Assembly (NCBI GenBank): GCA_038888155.1
Contig: JAWAJB010000001.1
Location: 128,001 to 192,000, forward strand
Reading direction: 5' to 3'
Source: Desulfurococcaceae archaeon
GTDB lineage: Archaea > Thermoproteota > Thermoprotei_A > Sulfolobales > Desulfurococcaceae
DNA length: 64,000 nucleotides
The notes under the pieces were generated by a model that did not search any database, was not told the DNA's origin, and was given only the letters and a program-made list of their open reading frames with translations. Of this stretch, positions 58,881 to 64,000 are shown in pieces (position 1 is the first letter of the stretch; each line of letters starts with the position of its first letter). The translations under genes were made by a program, and so were the position numbers.

Positions 58881-60172
58881 TAAGGTATCTCCACCCTCTT
58901 GTACTTCTCGAGCGGGTCGCCTCTAGGCCTAAGGGCAAGAACTATTACTTTATCCCCCGTTCCGTCAGAGCCCCTTGGATCCAAGGAGCTCCCTCTGAAA
59001 TCCCTTAACACTACTATGTCTTCGCTACCCCTCGACCGCGTAGCAATGGCCCACTCTATGGCAATAGGGTCCTCAAGGTTTATATCATCATCAACTACTA
59101 CTACGTGCTTGACACTGGGGTGTGCAGATATAGTTGCAATACCAGCTAGCTTAGCATCTCCCTCAGTGCAATCCCTCCCAACGGAGACGGCAGCGTGTAG
59201 CCACGTAAACCCACCTTCTGTTAGCCTAACTTCCTTAATGCACGGCACTACTCTTTTCAGCTCAACGAATATTTTAGCCTCTCTAGGAAATCCCATTAGC
59301 AGTTGGTGCTCCCATAGGCCAGGAACAATAGAATGAACAACCAATGGACTGTTGTTTATCTTCGGCACGTAAATTCGCTCAGCTGTGAACACTGGTTGTT
59401 CGCGGGCTTTATCTACTAGCATGAGCATGTCAGTAAAAGGCCCCTCCACAGCTCTCTCATTTTGCGAGATCACTCCCTCAATGACTACACTAGCACTAAT
59501 GGGGACTGGGATATTGTAATTAGGCGTTTTAGCAACCCTATGCTCGCCTCCAAGTTTAGCGCCAACGTTCAGCTCAAAGACTCCTAGGCGCGGGCTGGTA
59601 GCAGACGCAATTTCATGGAGGGGGTCTACCCCGAGAACTACAGCAACCGGTGCATCTCTGTTTCTCTCGAAATATCTAGACACTATATAGTTGAGATGCC
59701 TCGGCACTATTCTAAGCACTGCCTTATCGCGAGAGAGGTACATTGTTCTGTGATAGCTCGAGTTGCACATAGAGTCTAGACAAATGATGTATATTGAGCT
59801 TGTTAAGTAATACCCTCCATCTTCCCTATAAAACTTTATAAAGGGTAGCCGCGAAAGATCTAAGTCTGCTTCTGTGAAATAATCGCTGAAACTAACTGCC
59901 TCTAGCTGGCCAGGAGAGCTCTGAGCTTTCTCCAGCGCGCTGTAAGCTTCTTCGAGGTTCTTGACTCCGAGCAACGAGACTATGTCTCTGCGCCCTGTCA
60001 ATAAATTAGCGTAAAGTGAAATGTCCTCGTTGCCCTTTAACCTGAAAACTGGTATCTTGTCCTTGTTCATGTAGCTTAGTCTAGTTGCATCATATTCCCG
60101 TTCAATGATGCCGTGATCAAAGATCTGCTTGTTCAACATGTAGCTAAATTGCTTGAGGCTGTTAATGTTCAA
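58880..60172 (-). CDS. UbiD-family prFMN-dependent decarboxylase; trans-anhydromevalonate 5-phosphate decarboxylase candidate
   Basis: D.G.YLT, N.S.HR, RIVPRHL, EGPF.D, EH..LMG, K.V.VVD.D, GSSLDP. Confidence 0.88.
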   Translation of the reverse strand: MNINSLKQFSYMLNKQIFDHGIIEREYDATRLSYMNKDKIPVFRLKGNEDISLYANLLTGRRDIVSLLGVKNLEEAYSALEKAQSSPGQLEAVSFSDYFTEADLDLSRLPFIKFYREDGGYYLTSSIYIICLDSMCNSSYHRTMYLSRDKAVLRIVPRHLNYIVSRYFERNRDAPVAVVLGVDPLHEIASATSPRLGVFELNVGAKLGGEHRVAKTPNYNIPVPISASVVIEGVISQNERAVEGPFTDMLMLVDKAREQPVFTAERIYVPKINNSPLVVHSIVPGLWEHQLLMGFPREAKIFVELKRVVPCIKEVRLTEGGFTWLHAAVSVGRDCTEGDAKLAGIATISAHPSVKHVVVVDDDINLEDPIAIEWAIATRSRGSEDIVVLRDFRGSSLDPRGSDGTGDKVIVLALRPRGDPLEKYKRVEIP

Positions 60173-60177
60173 GGTAT

Positions 60178-61419
60178 TTACACCTCTACGTATTCTTCAT
60201 TATAGTCTGGCGTTAGTTTTATTTTTGAGACCTTGAGAACTTCAACCTTCCCTGTGTACTTTGTCCTGAGCAGTACTTCCCTCGTCTCGAAGTTAAATTT
60301 TTCAATTATACAAGGGTAGTCGAATTCGCCTAATTGCCCTACAGCACAGTAGAGCCCCTTCTCTACACCGTATTGGTGAAGCTTAACCCTCTCATAGTTA
60401 TGCCTCTTGAGCTCCTCGCTGCTGTACCCCTTAATGGACCCGTAAAGGTTAAGAGATCCAAATAGCCTAGAGGCGTAAAGTACCTTTCCATCTACATAGT
60501 TAGAAATTGTAGCCGCGTTAACCTCTAGGCCGTGTAACAGGGGGAGGCCCTGCACTATTACGCTGTTTATTTTAGATTTAACAATAGGGGCTCCCTCTAG
60601 GAACTCGCTGTACTTTGAGCTTCTCAAATTTCTCCTCTCTTCCCGACTGCGGACTTTCCTGTGAACAGGCGCCCTAACCTCATAAACACTTATATTGAAC
60701 TCTGAATAGCGGGCGAAGAGACCTTTTAGCTCTTCTCCTACTACGATAATGGCGTCTGGCCTGAACATCTCTATAAGGCTGTTCTTATAGTCTATGGCGC
60801 GTTCATCCTTAACCCATCCATCTGTGTCGAGCAAGATATAGTGGAAGCCGTCTTTGTTGGCAACTTCTACGAGCCTCCTGACTCCACTTATAATAGCCCA
60901 AGTGTGGGCCTGAGGTTTAACATCTCCTATGAATACCATTTTATTGGGCTTAACTTCGCTGACCCAGTAAACTGGGCTATATGCGTAGCCAAGTGAAACA
61001 AACCCAGGAGGACCGATGTCAGCCTGCCCTATATCGCTGTCTATTACTGCCGCCTTTATTCCACTGGATAGCATGGTGTTGAGCATTAATGTAATAAGCG
61101 AAGTTTTACCGCAATCTGTGCAGCCGAGGACTGCTACTCTCCTTAGTCCCTTGCTAAGTATGTCCTGCACTATTTGCTTTTTTTCTTTATACGGATCTAC
61201 ACTGTCAAGCCTCTGCACTTGCTCTTCACTAATTAAAGTTATATCTAAGTCGCACAGGTCAACGGCTGTAGCTACGTAGTTCCTAGCCTTGTGGACAACA
61301 AAGCTTTCACCTTCGCTAATTACCTTGCCGTGGACATCGAGGCGCCCCACTTTAACGGAGACGGACATTGGGCCGAAAAGCTTAACGGCGTCGCCCTTAG
61401 ATAGCCTAAGAGATGGCGT
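60178..61419 (-). CDS. Clp1/Nol9-type polynucleotide 5'-hydroxyl kinase; probable non-canonical ACG start at 61419
   Basis: G.TD.GKTS, D.DIGQ.DIGPPG, DTDGW, RS.EERR..R; N-terminal domain sequence continues 17 codons upstream of the ATG at 61368. Confidence 0.85.
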   Translation of the reverse strand, partial: TPSLRLSKGDAVKLFGPMSVSVKVGRLDVHGKVISEGESFVVHKARNYVATAVDLCDLDITLISEEQVQRLDSVDPYKEKKQIVQDILSKGLRRVAVLGCTDCGKTSLITLMLNTMLSSGIKAAVIDSDIGQADIGPPGFVSLGYAYSPVYWVSEVKPNKMVFIGDVKPQAHTWAIISGVRRLVEVANKDGFHYILLDTDGWVKDERAIDYKNSLIEMFRPDAIIVVGEELKGLFARYSEFNISVYEVRAPVHRKVRSREERRNLRSSKYSEFLEGAPIVKSKINSVIVQGLPLLHGLEVNAATISNYVDGKVLYASRLFGSLNLYGSIKGYSSEELKRHNYERVKLHQYGVEKGLYCAVGQLGEFDYPCIIEKFNFETREVLLRTKYTGKVEVLKVSKIKLTPDYNEEYVEV

Positions 61420-62067
61420 TTAAACCACCTCTACGCCTTTGCTGAGGGCAATCTTGTATGCTGCATAAATGTCTCTATGCCTAAATGGCTTAAGCCCTTT
61501 CAACCTCCTAGACGAGTAAATTGCCTCTTCAATTCTCCTCTTCCTTGGAGAAGTTTCCGCTTCGTCTACTAACTCTATAGATGAAAGGTTGAATTTTTTC
61601 TTCAAAAACTCTATGATATTAATAGACTTAGGGCCTGCGCCTATTTTAATCTTAACTTTTTCAAATGGAATGCAGCTGAGAACATAAGAGAGGTCGTCCT
61701 CTAATTCCCTAAGCCCTCCCTCCCCGTAAAAAATCAGCTGATCATCACCTAGAAAAACATAGCTGAGAACGGATCCTGGATCGATGCCCATAACTATGTT
61801 CGCGTAGCCCCCAATCATATGGGAGGCGAGGATAGCCTCCTCTACCTTCCTGCAGGACTTATCTGGGTCATAAACTACGAGGAGATCTCCACGGCCTGAG
61901 AGCTCTTTAAGGACGAGGTTAAAATCGGTGTAGACGACGCTGCTGTAAGGCACCTTGTCGCTCGTGTAATAGTGTTGGAATAGGAGGTCACGCCTCCTAA
62001 GAACGCCTAACACTTTTAAAAACCACTTCGGATCGTAAATCGCGATAACTAGAGCTCTCCTCTGCAA
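61420..62067 (-). CDS. Uncharacterised protein with C-terminal RNase H-like (YqgF/RuvX-like) domain
   Basis: MGIDPG, IKIG.G, VDEAETS, D..AA..IA motifs. Confidence 0.6.
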   Translation of the reverse strand: MQRRALVIAIYDPKWFLKVLGVLRRRDLLFQHYYTSDKVPYSSVVYTDFNLVLKELSGRGDLLVVYDPDKSCRKVEEAILASHMIGGYANIVMGIDPGSVLSYVFLGDDQLIFYGEGGLRELEDDLSYVLSCIPFEKVKIKIGAGPKSINIIEFLKKKFNLSSIELVDEAETSPRKRRIEEAIYSSRRLKGLKPFRHRDIYAAYKIALSKGVEVV

Positions 62068-62134
62068 AACTCCCCTACCAGCTGTTTTTAACTAATAACC
62101 CATGTACGCTTTTTAGATTTCTAGGTGATGCCTT

Positions 62135-62767
62135 ATATACAGTGCCTACAGCGGAAGCCGAGAGCTAGATAAACTCATAGATAGCTCTTCTGCTGTGCTT
62201 TTCTACGGTCCCGCTGGAGCTGGTAAGACAGCTATATTGTTAACTGTCGCAAGCAATTTGTGTAGCTTTCATTTCTGTATTTACATATCAACTGAAGAAA
62301 CTCTTCACTACGACCGCATCTCTAGGGCAATCAACGCGTACGATAAAACATTGTTCGCAGAGGCGTACGATATGAACACCCTACTGAGGGTTGCAATTGC
62401 GACATCGGTGCTTAAGCCCAAGTTTATATTTGTGGATAGCGTTAATGCGCCAATGCGAGTAGAAGCTCGCAGAGAGACTACAACAACTAAGCAATCGTTT
62501 ATTATCAGCTTATTACTTGAAACTGTTAGAGAGCAGGGCGGAAAGCTGTTCGCATCTGCCCAAGTAAGGGTTGGAGAGGACGGAACGCTAGAGGCGTCCG
62601 GCATGAAGCTGTTTGACTACTACTTCGATACCATAGTAGGTGTATTTATTGGAGAGGGAGGAGTAAGATATATTAAACCCGTTAAAACAGGCACTAGAGT
62701 TGACTTCAACGAGATTGTATTCCGAATAACAGAGACTGGTGTCTCTTGGCTTGAAGGAAATTATTGA
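62135..62767 (+). CDS. RecA-superfamily ATPase (RadB/aRadC-like); probable non-canonical ATA start at 62135
   Basis: SGSRELDKLI upstream of called GTG, Walker A GPAGAGKT, ISTEE, Walker B FVDS, conserved Q. Confidence 0.75.
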   Translation: MYSAYSGSRELDKLIDSSSAVLFYGPAGAGKTAILLTVASNLCSFHFCIYISTEETLHYDRISRAINAYDKTLFAEAYDMNTLLRVAIATSVLKPKFIFVDSVNAPMRVEARRETTTTKQSFIISLLLETVREQGGKLFASAQVRVGEDGTLEASGMKLFDYYFDTIVGVFIGEGGVRYIKPVKTGTRVDFNEIVFRITETGVSWLEGNY

Positions 62768-63266
62768 CTACGCGATGTGGACTATAAAGTATTACTTGCC
62801 TCCAATGATCGCAAACGCTACGCCAGTTCTAATAAGGGGCACTACGCCAATAGATGGCGGGCGCTACCTTCGAGACGGAAAACCCATATTCGGTAAAAAT
62901 AAAACGTGGGAGGGCTTTATAGCTGGAACCATAGAGGCATATATTGCGGGAGCCTGTCTGGGGATCATTTTCTCTGATTACGCCTTGCCGCTGTTATCTT
63001 TGGGGGCAGGCTTATCTGCCTTATTTGGGGACTTAATGGGGGCCTTCATAAAGAGGCGCGCGTCTATCCAGCCGGGGGATCCCGCGCCAATTCTAGATCA
63101 ACTGGACTTCGCTCTTGCCGCAACTGGATACTACTACGCGTTTGGCGTAAACGAGGTAATGGCGCAGCCAACTTATATAATTTTGACCCTCATTCTAGTT
63201 ATAGCTCTCCACATAGCTACAAATAGAGCTGCGTATGCGCTAGGTTTAAAACACACGAAATTCTAG
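62739..63266 (+). CDS. carS: CDP-archaeol synthase
   Basis: P.MIANATP, PID.G, FG.NKTWEG, GDL.GAFIKRR, P.LDQLDF, H..TN..AY. Confidence 0.93.
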   Translation: MSLGLKEIIDYAMWTIKYYLPPMIANATPVLIRGTTPIDGGRYLRDGKPIFGKNKTWEGFIAGTIEAYIAGACLGIIFSDYALPLLSLGAGLSALFGDLMGAFIKRRASIQPGDPAPILDQLDFALAATGYYYAFGVNEVMAQPTYIILTLILVIALHIATNRAAYALGLKHTKF

Positions 63267-63321
63267 GTTTAAAAGGTATATTTATTTTATATAAGGGGAA
63301 AAGAGTAAAGGGGGATGCAAG

Positions 63322-63612
63322 CTGGCTAAGTATCCCAAAACGATAGCTACTTATTGCCCTAAGTGTAGAGCGCATACAGATCACTCCGTGGCTATATATA
63401 AGCAGGGCAAGAGAAGAAGCCTAGCAGAAGGCGAGAGAAGATATGACAGAAAGAAGGAAGGATATGGCTCTAAGAGAAAGCCTGAGCAGAAGAGATTTGC
63501 TAAAACAACCAAGAAAGTTGTCCTAAAGCTTAAGTGCAACAAGTGCGGGTACATAGTGCACAGAAGGGGCATTAGGCTTAAAAAGGCTGAACTAACAGAG
63601 GTGGCCAGGTAA
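63322..63612 (+). CDS. rpl44e: 50S ribosomal protein L44e; probable CTG start at 63322
   Basis: In-frame upstream extension [23 protein letters not shown] then YKQGKRR, GYG, KTTKK, CNKC. Confidence 0.95.
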   Translation: MAKYPKTIATYCPKCRAHTDHSVAIYKQGKRRSLAEGERRYDRKKEGYGSKRKPEQKRFAKTTKKVVLKLKCNKCGYIVHRRGIRLKKAELTEVAR

Positions 63613-63812
63613 TGAGGAAGAGAAGAATACTTATACCAATGCCGAGGAGCAGGTTCTACAGAGTGGTCTGCAAAAACTGCGGCGCTGAGAACATTGTCTT
63701 CAGCCACGCCACTTTTCCAGCTAGGTGTAAAGTCTGTGGAGTTAGCTTGTTAACAACGGCAGGAGGAAAAGTAAAGATAGCAAACGCTGAAGTTGTTGCA
63801 GAGCTCGGGTAA
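63612..63812 (+). CDS. rps27e: 30S ribosomal protein S27e
   Basis: P.PRSRF.RV.C..C....IVFSHA....C..C...L..GGK. Confidence 0.95.
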   Translation: MRKRRILIPMPRSRFYRVVCKNCGAENIVFSHATFPARCKVCGVSLLTTAGGKVKIANAEVVAELG

Positions 63813-63891
63813 AGCCCTACTAAGATTAAAGGCTTATTATCTCAATCAACTTATTAGTTCTTGTCTTATTTGAATGGCATAGGTGAGCTAC

Positions 63892-64000
63892 GTGAGCAGA
63901 GATCAATTGATGGGGTGGCTTCTGCTAATCTCTTCTGTTGCTGTCATAATCGCGTATACTTATTTAATGTTTAGCGGCTTCTGGGAGATACTAACAAAGA
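63892..64000 (+). CDS. Small membrane protein, 3'-truncated by window edge
   Basis: AGGTGA SD then GTG; MSRDQLMGWLLLISSVAVIIAYTYLMF.. open to window end. Confidence 0.7.
   Translation, partial: MSRDQLMGWLLLISSVAVIIAYTYLMFSGFWEILTK

Noticed and set aside
19-63707. Many 60-145 aa ORFs antisense to or nested in recognised genes (e.g. 1772-2113, 13760-14185, 15605-16036, 58899-59336, 63381-63707)
   Set aside because: Shadow ORFs of well-supported genes, with S/I/L-rich composition and no motifs
1-64000. CRISPR array, integrase, transposase or provirus
   Set aside because: No regularly spaced repeats or recognisable mobile-element proteins; content is housekeeping throughout

Overview
Gene-dense core-genome segment of a crenarchaeon, most consistent with Desulfurococcales (archaeal ribosomal proteins L44e/S27e, PCNA, TiaS, PoK/PPS, frequent TTG/GTG starts, GAGGTG/GGTGA Shine-Dalgarno sites). 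It carries an archaeal CoA biosynthesis cluster (panE, panB, PoK, PPS, coaBC), two NatAB-like ABC exporters, translation/tRNA genes (asnS, serS, dys, tiaS, a Trm5/Taw-family methyltransferase, tRNA-Leu(TAG)), pentose enzymes (rpiA and a tandem R15P-isomerase pair), Lhr helicase, a peptide ABC operon, and parts of the Aeropyrum-type modified mevalonate/lipid pathway (HMG-CoA synthase + DUF35, AcnX large/small, UbiD-like, CarS). No CRISPR array, integrase or transposase was seen. The strongest signals missed by the ORF track are: (i) a promoter-preceded ~190-nt intergenic RNA closed by a 14-bp stem and a canonical kink-turn (33338-33530); (ii) a box C/D guide RNA whose two guides match conserved 16S rRNA sequences (34674-34726); (iii) three nearby genes, including ribosomal protein L44e, whose conserved N-termini can only be reached from non-canonical start codons (ACG, ATA, CTG). 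All functional calls come from motif recognition by eye; no searches were run.
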